DNA of 63,306 nucleotides, the filler included, from Chiloscyllium plagiosum (lineage: Eukaryota): assembly GCF_004010195.1 (NCBI RefSeq). It is 4 parts of one record of this genome, joined end to end, with 100 filler letters (N's around TTAATTAATTAA, not from the genome) between each part and the next. Parts side by side here need not be neighbours in the genome. Positions count along the whole stretch, not along the records: positions 43,040 to 59,576 come from NC_057710.1; positions 59,677 to 63,306 come from NC_057710.1; 2 more parts are not named here. One strand, given 5' to 3'. Below the pieces are notes generated by a model that ran no database searches, was not told the DNA's origin, and was given only the letters and a program-made list of their open reading frames with translations. Positions 51,920-63,306 of the stretch are shown here, in pieces. Within the stretch, counting starts at the first letter, position 1. Each line of letters opens with the position of its first letter. The position numbers and the translations under genes were made by a program.

Positions 51920-53259
51920 TTGGATTGGCTCACATGTTTCTCCTGGTTATGGAGTCTAGGGATCACAATTTCAAACTAAAGGTGAAGCCACTTAAGGCTG
52001 TGTCATGGAGACATTATTATTTACTCAGTGGGCTTTAAATCTTGAGAATTCTCTACCCAAAATAGCTGTGGGAGTTCAGTCTTGAGTAAGTTTAAGGTAG
52101 AGATTGACAATTTTCTAAATGCCAATGATGTAAAGGGATATGGGGAGTTTTGGGGGAAAAAAGTCATTGAAGTGGATGATGATGAACAGATTGAATGGCG
52201 GAGCAGGCTTGACTGGTTGGATGCTTTGTTCGGCTCCGGAGCTATTCTTCAAAGGAATATTATTGATAGAGCAAGGATTCAGTGAAGGGAAGGTCAGTGG
52301 AAGATTTAACAGATCTTTTCAAGGAGATTAAATATATTGATAGCATAAGCAAGGAGACATTATTTGCAAGGACAGTAATGTCGACAACTAGAAAATACAG
52401 ATTAAAGATTATTCTGAAGATAACCGTATAGGAGGTGAGGAGAAATTTAATTTACACAGTCTGTTGTCACAAGTGGAATGCAGTAACTGGAAGATTGAGG
52501 GGAGCAGATTTTGCAATAATTCTTAAAAGAGGCTTAAATAGATACTTCAAAACAAATTATATTCAGGTGTACAGGGAAAGCAAGTGTGTAGAACTAAGCA
52601 GATCATTCTTTTGGAAGAATTAACAGAGACACACTGGGCAGAATGGATGTTTTGTGCCTTGTAAGATTTAGTCAATGTAAAGATTGGCTTACCCTTGTTT
52701 TTGAGCATCAAAATTAGAACTTGTGACCATGACCTGGTCTTCTACAGACTCAGATGGTGTCAACTCACTTCAGAGAACATGCTTCATCTGTGTTCCTGGA
52801 GTGATATCCCATGACAGGGTAGGAAGCTTGCTCACCAGAAGAACAACCAAACATGAGTTAATAGACCAGAGGCAAGACTTCCACTTCTCACTTCACTTCT
52901 CAAGATACATTGCATCAAATCTCTTCAGACAACATTAGAATTAGAATTGGGTTTTTTTGTCATGTGTACTCAAGTACAGAAGTACAGGAGTACAGTGAAA
53001 AGTTTACAATGTCCCCTCTTATGGCACCAACATATCTTAGGTACAAAAGGAGGAATATAAAAACACTTCCAGTGATTCAGAGTACAAGTTAGAAATAAGA
53101 CATAGTTATACGGATAAACATATCAGTCAGACAAACAGATTACAGATAAACATTACACTGCAGGAGATCAGCACAGGGGCTTCCACACATGGTCTGACTG
53201 GCCTCGCAAGCCATTGACCATATGCTCTGGTCCCAAGTCTAACAATGGTCCCTGCTCTG

Positions 53260-54056
53260 CTCCATGCCTCCAGCCCACACTGCTCCATCTCTCAACGCTC
53301 CAGACTACTCCATGCCTCCAGCCCACACTGATCCGGCTCTCAGCGCTCCAGACTACTCCATGCCTCCAGCCCACACTGATCCGGCTCTCAACGCTCCAGA
53401 CTACTCCATGCCTCCAGCCCACTCCGTTCTGGCTCTCAGCGCTCCAGACTACTCCATGCTTCCAGCCCACACTGCTCCAGCTCTCAACGCTCCAGACTAC
53501 TCCATGCCTCCAGCCCACACTGATCCGGCTCTCAGCGCTCCAGACTACTCCATGCCTCCAGCCCACACTGCTCCGACTCTCAGCGCTCCAGACTACTCCA
53601 TGCCTCCAGCCCACACTGATCCGGCTCTCAGCGCTCCAGACAAGACATAGTTATACGGATAAACATATCAGTCAGATAAACATTACACTGCAGGAGATCA
53701 GCACAGGGGCTTCCACACATGGTCTGACTGGCCTCGCAAGCCATTGACCATATGCTCAGGTCCCAAGTCTAACAATGGTCCCTGCTCTGCTCCATGCCTC
53801 CAGCCCACACTGCTCCGACTCTCTGCGCTCCAGACTACTCCATGCTTCCAGCCCACACTGATCCAGCTCTCAACGCTCCAGACTACTCCATGCTTCCAGC
53901 CCACTCTGCTCCAGCTCTCAACGCTCCAGACTACTCCATGCCTGCTCCAGCTCTCAACGCTCCAGACTACTCCATGCTTCCAGCCCACTCTGCTCCAGCT
54001 CTCAACCCTCCAGTCTACTCCATGCCTCCAGCCCACTCCATTCTGGCTCTCAGCTG
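53260..54056. repeat. 48-bp VNTR in two arrays produced by an internal duplication
   Basis: Unit CTCCAGACTACTCCATGCCTCCAGCCCACACTGATCCGGCTCTCAGCG; about 8 units (53260-53641) and 5-6 units (53790-54056). The leader AAGACATAGTTATACGGATAAAC is repeated at ~53097 and ~53642. Confidence 0.92.
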
Positions 54057-55499
54057 CACCGAGGTAAGTTTTTTAATTTAAAAAAAAACACATAAGAATC
54101 TTGGAAGAAAATGGAGAAAGCAGATAGATGGATGAGGCCCGGGTTGAAGATCCTGACCACTGCCTATTCTGCCTCCGCCATCTAGCACCTTCCAAACCCA
54201 TAATCACTTCCATCTAGAAAGACCAGAGGAGCAGATACCTGGGTACATCACCTGAAAGTTCCCATCCAAAACACTCACCATCCAACCTTGGAAATATGCT
54301 GGTGTCACTGGAAATTAGGGAATTTCCTCCCTCATGGCATCATGGGTCTACCTACACCACATGGACTGCAGTGATTCCAAAGGCATCTCACTCCTACCTT
54401 CAAGGGCAATGAGCGACAGGCAACAAATGCTGGCCAGCCACTGATGTCCATATCCCTTGAGTGAATAAAAAAACTCATCTCAGAGAGTAGGAACCAATCA
54501 GACGCTGGCAGCTCTTCAGTGTAGTGGCATTTCCACCCAATGTGGTGGCCACTGCTGATACTGCAGTGAAGGCTTGAGGAGGTGGGCACATAGAGTCATA
54601 GAGTCAAACAGCATGATAGAGACCTTTTGGCCCAACTAGTTTCACTAGCCTGTGTTTCTAAAACATCCCTATGTATGTATCTATCCAAGTGTCTTTTAAA
54701 TGTTGTAACTGTGCCTGCATCTATCATTTTCTCTGGCAGTTCATTCCACATAGGAACCACCCTCTGTACTTCCCTTGTATCAGATCAGCCATTTGGGCTT
54801 TATGGCATTAGGATAATGCTGTTCAGGCTGTCACAAGTATCATCACAGAATGCATCATGGGAAATGGCTGGTAAAACAAGTCACACATGAATAATGCCAC
54901 ACAGGCAAGGTCACAGCATATTGTTCTGTCATTTCAGCAAATGTGGCTTCATCATTATGCAAGCTGAAATATTTGACAAATCACATGGGCAGGCAAATAC
55001 ATGTTGTTGCATTTGAGCAGTGTTCGTCATGTTCCAAGAATGTTTTACCAGTTATATTTATATCCCTAAATTTCACAGGCATCTTCAAACATTGCAAACA
55101 TATTCATAACATTGTGGGGAAGAAACATCACTGTGCACAATATGTGAATTGTTAACTGCATACTTCAGCCCATCAGCATTTTCTCAACTGCCCAAGGGAA
55201 CATTTAAGAGCAGCTTATGTTTCTTTATGGTTTGAACTTCTTCCTTGTCTTATTTTTCCCATGTTGTTGTTGAACTTTGCCTTCAACTGTAGGTGCAAAA
55301 AATCCTTTCAATACAAAACTGTGGGTGATAGGTAGAAAACTAGGATCATTAGCAGATATTTTGTGCCCCTGGCCCCTCCCCACCCTCAGTCTCCTCTCCC
55401 TATTTGCTGTTCAACTATTTACAGATGAGGTGGAGAACCATGTCTTATTGGGCCAGTGACACATGGATGAAATCAATTAGGGGCTAAACACTAATAAAA

Positions 55500-58230
55500 G
55501 CAGAGTCGAGAGTGTGGTGCTGGAAAAGCACAACAGGGCAGGCAGCATCTGAGAACCAGGAGAATTGACATTTTGGGCAAAAGCTGTTCATCAGGAATAA
55601 GGCTCGTGAGCCGAGGGGGTGGAGAGATAAATGGGAGGGGGGTCGTGCTGGGCGGAAGGTAGCTGAGAGTCTGATAGTTGGATGGAGGTGGTGATAGGGT
55701 AATGGTGATAGGTCAGAGGGGAGGGAGGAGTGGATAGGTGGGAAGGAAGATGGACAGGTAGACGGATCATGAGGGCAGCACTGAGTTGGAGCATTGGAAC
55801 TGGGATAAGGTGGGGGGACAGGGAATGAGGAAACTGGTAAAATACACATTGATGCTGTGTGGTTGGAGGGTCCCTAGGTGGAAGGTGAGGCATCCCTCCT
55901 CCAGACGTTGGGTGGTTAGAGTGTGGCAATGGAGGAAGTCCAGGACCTACATATCCTCGGCAGAGTGAGAGGGGGAGTTGAAGTGTTCAACCACAGGGCA
56001 GTGGGGTTGGTTGGTATGGGTGTCCCGGACATGTTCGCTGAAGCGCTGTGTGAATGGGTGTCCTGTTTCTCCAGTGTAGAGGAGACTGCACCGGGAGCAA
56101 CGGATACGAGTGGAAGTGCAGTTAAAGCTCTAATGGATATGGAAGGCTCCTTTGGGGCCTTGGACGAAGGTGAGGAAGAAGGTGTGGGCGCAGGTTTTGC
56201 AATTTCTGCAGTGGCAGGGGAAGGTGCCGCGAGAGGAGTGTGGATTGTAGGGGGAGCATGGACCTGGCAACATAGTCGCGAAGGGAATGGTCTTTATAGA
56301 AAGTGTCTCAGGGTGGGGAGGGAAATATATCTCTGATGGTGGGGTCCGTTTGTAGGTGGCGGAAATGGCAGAGGATGATGCAATGTATGCGGAGGTTGGT
56401 GAGGTGGAAGGTGAGGACCAGGGGTGTCCTGTTCTTGTGGCGGTTGGAGGGGTTGGGTTCGAGGGCACAGGTGCGGAAAGTGGATGAGATGGGCTGGAGG
56501 ATATCATCGACCACGTGGGAGAGGAAATTGCGGTCTTTGAAGAAGGAGGCCATCTGGTGTGTTCTGTGGTGGAACTGGTCCTCCTGGGAGCAAATGCGGT
56601 GGAGGCAGAGGAATTGGGAATAAGGGATAGCATTTTTACAGGAGCCAGGGTGGGAGGAGGTGTAGTCCAGGTAGCTGTGGAAGTCGGTGAGTTTGTAGAA
56701 GATGTCAGTGCTGACTTGGTCATCGTTGATAGAAGTGGGGAGGTCCAGGAAGGAGAGGGAGGTGACAGAGATGGTCCAGGGTGAACCTAAGGTCGGGGTG
56801 GAAGGTGTTGGTGAAGTTGATAAACTGTTCAACTTCCATGAGGTGGCGCCGATACAGTCATTGATGTAGCAGAGGCAAAGGTGGGGAATGGTGCTGGTGT
56901 AACTGTGGAAGATGGACTGTTCCACGTAACCAACAAAGAGACAGGCATAGCTGGAGCCCATGTGGGTGCCCATGGCTACCCCTTTTGTCTGGAGGAAGTG
57001 GGAGGTTTCAAAGGAGAAACTATCGAGAGTGAGGACCAGTTCAGCCAAATGAATGAATGCCTAGTGGGGTCAATGGGAGAGGAAGAAACAGAGGGCTTGG
57101 AGACCCCCGTCATGGTGGACAGAAGTGTATAGGGACTGGATGTTCATGGTGAAGATGAGGCATTTGGGGCCAGGGAAACAAAGCTCTTGGAGGAGGTGGA
57201 GGGCGTTGGTGGTGTCTCAAACATATGCAGGGAGTTCCTGGACCTGGGCGGGGGGAATAGGACAGTATCAAGGTATGTGGAGATGTGATTGGTGGGACAG
57301 GAGCAGGCTGAGATGATGGGTCAGCAGGGGCAGTCAGGCTTGTGGATCTTGGGTAGGAGGTAGAACCGGGCAATGCAGGGTTCACGAACTATGAGGTTGG
57401 AAGCTGTGGGTGGGAGATCCCCTGAGGTGATGAAGTTGTGGATGGTCTGGGAGATGATGGTTTGGTGGTGGGAGATGAGGTCATGGTGAAGGGGGCAGTA
57501 GGAGGAGGTGTCTTCAAGTTGGCGCCTGGCTTTAGTGGTGTAAAGGTCAGTGTGCCAAACTACCACTGCACCCCCTTTTCCGCTGATTTGATGGTGAGGT
57601 TGGGGTTGGAGCGGAAGGAGTGGAGGGCTGTGCATTGCGAAGGTGAGAAGTTGAAGTGCATGATCGGGGTGGATAGGTTGAGGCGGTCAATGTCCTGGTG
57701 GCAGTTTGAAATAAAGAGATCGAGGGCGGGTAACAGACCAGCACAGAGTGTCCAGGTGGATGGGGTGTGTTGGAGGCGGGAGAAGAGGTCCTCGGAAGAT
57801 GGGCGGGAGTCTTGGTGGAAAAAGTAAGCCCGGAGGCAGAGGTGGCAGAAGAAGTGTTCAATGTTACAACTCGTGTTGAATTTGTGGATTCCCTGGGAGC
57901 GGAGGGGGATGAAGGTAAGGCCTTTGCTGAGGACTGATCTTTTATCCTCAGTAAGGGGAAGGTCTGGGGGATGGTGAAAACATGGCAAGAGAAAACATGG
58001 CAAGATTGGGAGCTAGGACCTGGGGTGGGGCTAGAGCTGGGAGTGGGGGGCGGAGACTGTAACTGGAGTGGACGTGGTAGTGGAGGGACTGAGGGTGACG
58101 TCATTTACAGAAGGGATGCTCACCCCAGGGGTCGGAGGGTGGTGGAGGTGGTGACTATGCGATCTGAAGGGACGGATGTGGCGAAACGCGTGTCGTAGGC
58201 GTCGGCGTCAAAAACGGTCGGACATCAAAA
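55500..58230 (-). mobile_element. Penelope-like retroelement (RT + GIY-YIG region), degraded
   Basis: Encodes SVLSKGLTF, FYLLPKIHKPDCP, QTKGVAMGT, YINDCIG, IFYKLTDFHSYLDYTSSHP and CHCRNCKTC; hammerhead-like terminal repeat at about 55565-55597. Confidence 0.92.
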
Positions 58231-59576
58231 ACTGTAAGGAGAACAAAGCTTCAAATACCTATCTCAAAATTGGGATCCCTCGACCATTCTAGAAGTTTCC
58301 CCCGGCCTCCGGAACTATTTGGCTGCAATCAGCCATGTGGCTGCTCCAGCCACCACCACCATAGTGAACGATGCCGCCCGACATCCCGAAACCACAGCTG
58401 ACCTTGCCGCCTTCGTGACTGCCAGCTAGATAACCACCGTCGCAAACGCTGGACAGACAACTGCCGCACCATGACCACTGCAAGATCCACCACTGCCAAC
58501 ACCAATGCGAAGCCTAACCAGATCGTCACTCCACCCCTGTTGTTGTCACCATCACAACCACTTCTGCCCCACTGATACCACTCACCTGAACACTGCCGAC
58601 AGAGTTGCCTATGACACGCGTTACGACCCATCATCTCAGCTTGCTCCTGCCCCACCAAACTCATCTCCACATACCTTGATACTGTCCTATCCCACCGGTG
58701 CAGGAACTCCCTGCATAAGTTCGGGACACCACCCACGCCCTCCACTCCCCCAAGACTTTTGTTTCCCTGGCCCCGCAATGCCTTATCTTCATCATGGACA
58801 TCTAGTCCCCATACACCTCTATCTGCCACGTCAAGGGCCTCCAAGCCGTCTGTTTAGTCCTCTCCTGGCTTCCCCACCAGTACCCTTCCACTGACACATT
58901 CATTGGGCAGAAATCGTCTACACCCTCAATAATTTCTCCTTTGAATCCTCGGACTTTCTCCAGATGAAAGTGGTAGCCATGGGCACTCGCAAGGGCCCCA
59001 GCTATGCCTGTCTCATTGTTGGTTATGTGGAACAGTCCGTCTTCCGCAGTTACACTGGCATCATTCCCCACCTTTTCCCCCACTACATCGATGACTGTAT
59101 CGGCACCATCTCGTGCTCCCAAGATGAGGTCAAACAGTTCATCAATTTCACCAACACATTCCACCCAACCTTAAGTTCAATTTAAGGACACCTCCCTCCC
59201 CTTCCTGCAATTCTCCATCTCTATCAACAGTGACCGACTCAACACGGACATCTTCTACAAACCCACCAACTCTCAAATCTACCTGGATTACACCTCCTCC
59301 CACCCTGCCTCCTGTAAAAACGTAATCCCTTATTCCCAATTCCTCCACCTCCATCACATCTGCTCCCAGGAGGACCAGTTTCACCACAGAACACACCAGA
59401 TGGCCTCCATCTTCAAAGACTGCTATTTCCCCTCCCATGTGGTCGATGATGCCCTCCAGCTCATCTCATCCACTTCCTGCACCTGTGCCCTTGAACCCCA
59501 CCCCTCAAACCACCACAAGGACAGAACACCCCCCCACCCCCCCCTGTCCTCACCTTCCACCCCACCAACCTCCGCA

Positions 59577-59676
59577 NNNNNNNNNNNNNNNNNNNNNNNN
59601 NNNNNNNNNNNNNNNNNNNNTTAATTAATTAANNNNNNNNNNNNNNNNNNNNNNNNNNNNNNNNNNNNNNNNNNNN
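59577..59676. other. Artificial scaffold spacer
   Basis: 44 N + TTAATTAATTAA + 44 N. Confidence 0.95.
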
Positions 59677-60292
59677 AAGAAGTGTAAAACCTGCGCCCAC
59701 ACCTCCTGCCTCACCTCCATCCAAGGCCCCAAAGGATCCTTCCACATCCATCAGAAATTTGCCTGTACATCCACACACGTCATCTACTGTACCCATTGCA
59801 CCCGATGTGGCCTCCTCTACATTGGGGAGACAAGACGCCAACTTGCGAATCATTTCAGAGAACATCTCTGGGACACCCTCACTAACCAACCCCACCACCG
59901 TGTGGCTGAACACTTTAACTCCCCCTCCCATTCCGCCAAGGATATGCAGGTCCTGGGCCTCCTCCATCACCAAACCCTAACCACCGACGCCTGAAGGAAG
60001 AACACCTCATCTTCCACCTTGGGACCCTCCAACCGCACGGGATCAATGTGAACTTCACCAGTTTCCTCATTTCCCCTCCCCCCACCTTATCCCAGTCCCA
60101 GCCTTCCAACTCGGCACCGCCCTCTTGAACAGTCCTACCTGTCCATCTTCCTTCCCACCTATCTACTCCACCCTCCTCTCTGACCTATCACCTTCTCCCC
60201 CACCTTCATCTACCTATTGAATTCCCAGCTACCTTCCCTCCAGCCCCACCTCCCTCCCATTTATCTCTCAGCCCCCTTGGGCCACAAGCCTC

Positions 60293-60328
60293 ATTCCTGA
60301 TGAAGGGCTAATGCCCGAAACGTCGATT
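60293..60328 (+). ncRNA. Minimal type I hammerhead ribozyme motif at the PLE 3' end
   Basis: AUUC-CUGAUGA-A-GGGC(UAAU)GCCC-GAAACGUC-GAUU. Confidence 0.78.
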
Positions 60329-60847
60329 GTCCTGCTCCTCGGATGCTGCCTGACTGGCTGTGTTTTTCCAGCACACCTTCTTTGCCTTTCTCCATGCTAC
60401 ATTGAGAACGTCATTTCCTGATTGCTATGCTTCCAAAACAGCACAAGTGCTATAAAACCCAATTTATCAGCTTTGTGCTTAGCAGGAATTCTAGCACCTG
60501 CTAGTTCAGAGATATATTAATTAGACAAAAGCAATGTCTCTTAAATATAAATGGAGAAAACTGATTTCCAGCCTGGTGAAGACTAGAAATTCATGACAGT
60601 GAGCAATGTTATTGGATGCAAATTTAGTACTTAAATAAGTTAATGAAAATAATATGAAGTGAATGTGATATAAGTTTTTAGAATGTTTGCAAAATGAAAT
60701 TTCTCTTTTCCATTTATGGGCTCAATTAAAGCATAGAAAAAAAGGAGTCGCTTCAAGTGCCAATGCTGCCAGTCAACCGGGCATCACAATTGAGTGGGAA
60801 ATGTTCTTGAGAGCAGTCTTTTTATTACTCTGCCTTATCTTGAGTTA

Positions 60848-60930
60848 ACAATCACACAACACCAGGTTATAGCCCAACAGGTTTATTTGGAAGCATCAGC
60901 TTTCGGAGCGCTGCTCCTTCATCAGGTGCT
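60848..60930 (-). mobile_element. Hammerhead family 2 terminal fragment
   Basis: CCTGATGAAGGAGCAGCGCTCCGAAAGCTG on the minus strand; matches 62927-63005. Confidence 0.75.
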
Positions 60931-61466
60931 TGTCTGCTCTTGGGTTGTGTCTGAAATAAATATTTGATTGGGATGGGGTGTCTTGGGATACCAATGTCAA
61001 TGCAAATCATGAAGAGACGCAAGTCCTTCTAGCTTTGCTGCTTATCTTACATTTGAACCAAGGTACATGCAATGGGAAGGCAGTGAAGCAAGATGTGGCA
61101 CCCACTGTGCAACTGGTGAACTGAGATGAACAGCAAATGTAAAATGATGAGGAACAATGGCTTTATCAGTGACAGGGGAAATGGAGGATATCATTTTTCC
61201 CCAGAAACCAGTCAAACCACTCAGGTGGCCCTGGCTTCTCTGTTAGACTCATCCCCAGCAGTAGCTACTGCTCCCAGCGACCATGCTGATATTACAGAGC
61301 TGTCCAACTTCTAATTACCCACAGCAGCTTGAGGTGGGTATCTGTTTTTTCAAGGGGCAGGACTTCTGAGTGCAACTATTTGGCTGACAGAAAGCCCAAA
61401 AAATGTGGTTGTAGGTCCACCATGCCAACAAAACATTGGTCCTCATGCAGAGTTGCAAGCAGAGAC

Positions 61467-61780
61467 TAGATTAGATTACTTACAGTGTGGAAACAGGCCC
61501 TTCGACCCAACAAGTCCATACCGACCCGCCGAAGCGCAACCCACCCATTCCCCTACATTTACCCCTTTACCTAACACTACGGGCAATTTAGCATGGCCAA
61601 TTCACCTAACCTGCACATTTTTGGACTGTGGGAGGAAACCAGAGCACCCGGAGGAAACCCACGCAGACACGGGGAGAACGTGCAAACTCCACACAGTCAG
61701 TCGCCTGAGTCGGGAATTGAACCCGGGTCTCCGGCGCTGTGAGGCAGCAGTGCTAACCACTGTGCCACCGTGCCGCCCAC
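61467..61780 (-). mobile_element. Full-length HE1-type SINE
   Basis: Near-identical to 39299-39618; TSD AGACTAG at 61463-61469 and 61782-61788. Confidence 0.92.
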
Positions 61781-61796
61781 AAGACTAGGCATTTCT

Positions 61797-62060
61797 ATTC
61801 ATAGAATCATAGAATCCCTACAGTGTAGACAGAAGCCATTTGGCCCATCGGGTCTGTAACGACCCTCTGAAGAGCATCTCACCCAGACCCAGAACCCCAC
61901 CCTGTCCCTGTAACCGCACATTTACCGAGGTTCATCAACCTAACCCGCACTTTCCTGGACTCTACAGACAATTCAGCATGGCTACTCCATCTAAAATGCA
62001 CAATTTTGGACTGTGGGCGGAAACTGGAGCATTTGGAAGAAACCCATGCAGACATTGGGA
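61797..62060 (-). mobile_element. Older HE1-related SINE fragment
   Basis: Diverged SINE body with a CR1-type TTCTATGA tail. Confidence 0.7.
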
Positions 62061-62886
62061 TGACATGTTCTACTGATTGAAGATGGCTGAACTTAGTCTG
62101 CTCCAAGACATCAAAGAACAGAATCCTCATAAATAATCCACACAAGCTGCAGCTAATTCATTCCATTGTAACAACGAATGTGTTAGAGAAACTAGTATAA
62201 ATAATTGGGTCATTGCATGTAATTCTTTATGGAAACTTGATGCTACAACGTAATTATAATTCCAACCAAAAGAGATTTTATAAGCAATGGTCTTTATTTT
62301 TTTGACCCAGATTTAGATTTAAAAATAAAATTCCATTTATTGTTTTGTCATTGCATTTCAATTACCACTGATTTGCATCATAGACTAAGCCAAACTGAGA
62401 ATGATTTGGAAATCATACACTAGAGACCTTTAAGTCACATAGAGGGAAATGAAAATGTTGTACCAACACTTGAGGGAATAAGGTGCACTGCACAACAGTA
62501 TACAATTTGCTTTGAAACATCTTTAAGCACTTAAAGTTATAACTTTAATATAAAGGGAAAAATACAGTTTTTCATGCGTTTTCCTTTTCTCAGCAAAACA
62601 ACCAAATCTCATGAAGAATTTCATGCTAGTATGTTAATGATTTAAATGATAAAATATTTGTCAATCAAACATCATAGGAACTTGGCAATAACATAAACAG
62701 AGTTACAGATAATGGAGGCAGTTTCAGGTCTGTAATTCAACCTGACCATTAGAGGACATTAGAAAATGTAATAAACATGTGAACGACTTACGAACAGAAA
62801 GAGAACAATAGGTTGAGTAATGGCTTTAAATGTGCTCACAGATATTTATTGTCAGAAGCCACATGAAACCAAGTTTATCTAAATTG

Positions 62887-63306
62887 GGAGATGCTGGTGT
62901 TGGACTGGGGTGTACAAAGTTAAAAATCACACAACACCAGGTTATAGTCCAACAGGTTTAATTGGAAGCACACTAGCTTTCGGAGTGTCACTCCTTCATC
63001 AGGTGGTTGTGGAGGACACAATTGCAAGACACAGAATTTATAGCAAAAATTTACAGAGTGATGTAACTGAAATTATACATTGAAAAATACCTTGATTGTC
63101 TGTTGAGTCTTTCATCTGTTAGAATACCATGATAGTTTCACTTCTTTCATGTGTAAATCACAAAACCTTTTTTAAAGGTTGCGTTCTCAGGTTAGCTGTA
63201 ACAATTGATGTTAGCTAGACAATACGTTGAAGGTGTTGGCCCCCTGTGTTCTCTGTCTATACCATGATGTTTAGATTGATTCTAATCTAAAAAGTGAGAT
63301 AACAGA
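62887..63306 (-). mobile_element. Putative PLE 3' end (hammerhead family 2), running off the window
   Basis: Same terminal repeat as the copies at 46463 and 60848; no ORF of this family is visible in the window. Confidence 0.65.
62971..63005 (-). ncRNA. Minimal type I hammerhead ribozyme motif (family 2)
   Basis: CAC-CUGAUGA-A-GGAGU(GAC)ACUCC-GAAAGCUA-GUG. Confidence 0.78.

Larger units (their letters stand above)
58330..60380 (+). mobile_element. Second Penelope-like element, inverted relative to the first
   Basis: Encodes VAMGTRKGPSYACL and HYIDDCIG; GIY-YIG motif VIYCTHCTRCGLLYIGET at ~59778-59832; 3' terminal repeat. Spans a scaffold spacer. Confidence 0.88.

Noticed and set aside
52692..52770. 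Strong minus-strand donor (G|GTAAG) as a possible shroom3 exon
   Set aside because: In-frame stop about 26 codons upstream and no Shroom similarity.
53168..54081. Repetitive ORFs on both strands (PDYSMPPAHT.., GWRHGVVWS..), superficially like a CRISPR array or repeat protein
   Set aside because: A 48-bp stop-free VNTR opens several frames by arithmetic; there are no unique spacers and no splice context.
55345..55372. Plus-strand peptide SLADILCP resembling the Shroom SLADILDP motif
   Set aside because: Wrong strand for the gene and no extended similarity; coincidence.

Overview
Repeat-rich vertebrate DNA, almost certainly elasmobranch (shark), judged from full-length HE1-type tRNA-SINEs and matching CR1/HER1 LINE tails. 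The one host gene is the 3' end of shroom3 on the minus strand: three coding exons of the ASD2 region (38914-38758, 37661-37389, 35875-35537) plus a ~1.7 kb 3'UTR. The rest is mostly mobile DNA. (1) A decayed endogenous retrovirus at ~306-5440 (pro, RT, tether, RNase H, integrase lacking its core, env, PPT, 3' LTR); its RT looks foamy/class III-like while its env TM is gamma-type. (2) CR1, L1, Tx1-like and Rex1/L2-like LINEs. (3) Two Tigger-like MITE families. (4) Penelope-like elements (RT + GIY-YIG) whose terminal repeats carry minimal hammerhead ribozyme motifs: about 16 copies in two covarying families, often in palindromic or tandem inserts with TSDs. (5) An SVA-like composite with a 48-bp VNTR. 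Three 100-bp N/TTAATTAATTAA/N spacers are assembly artefacts, so contiguity across them is uncertain. All calls come from reading the sequence by eye; no database searches were run.
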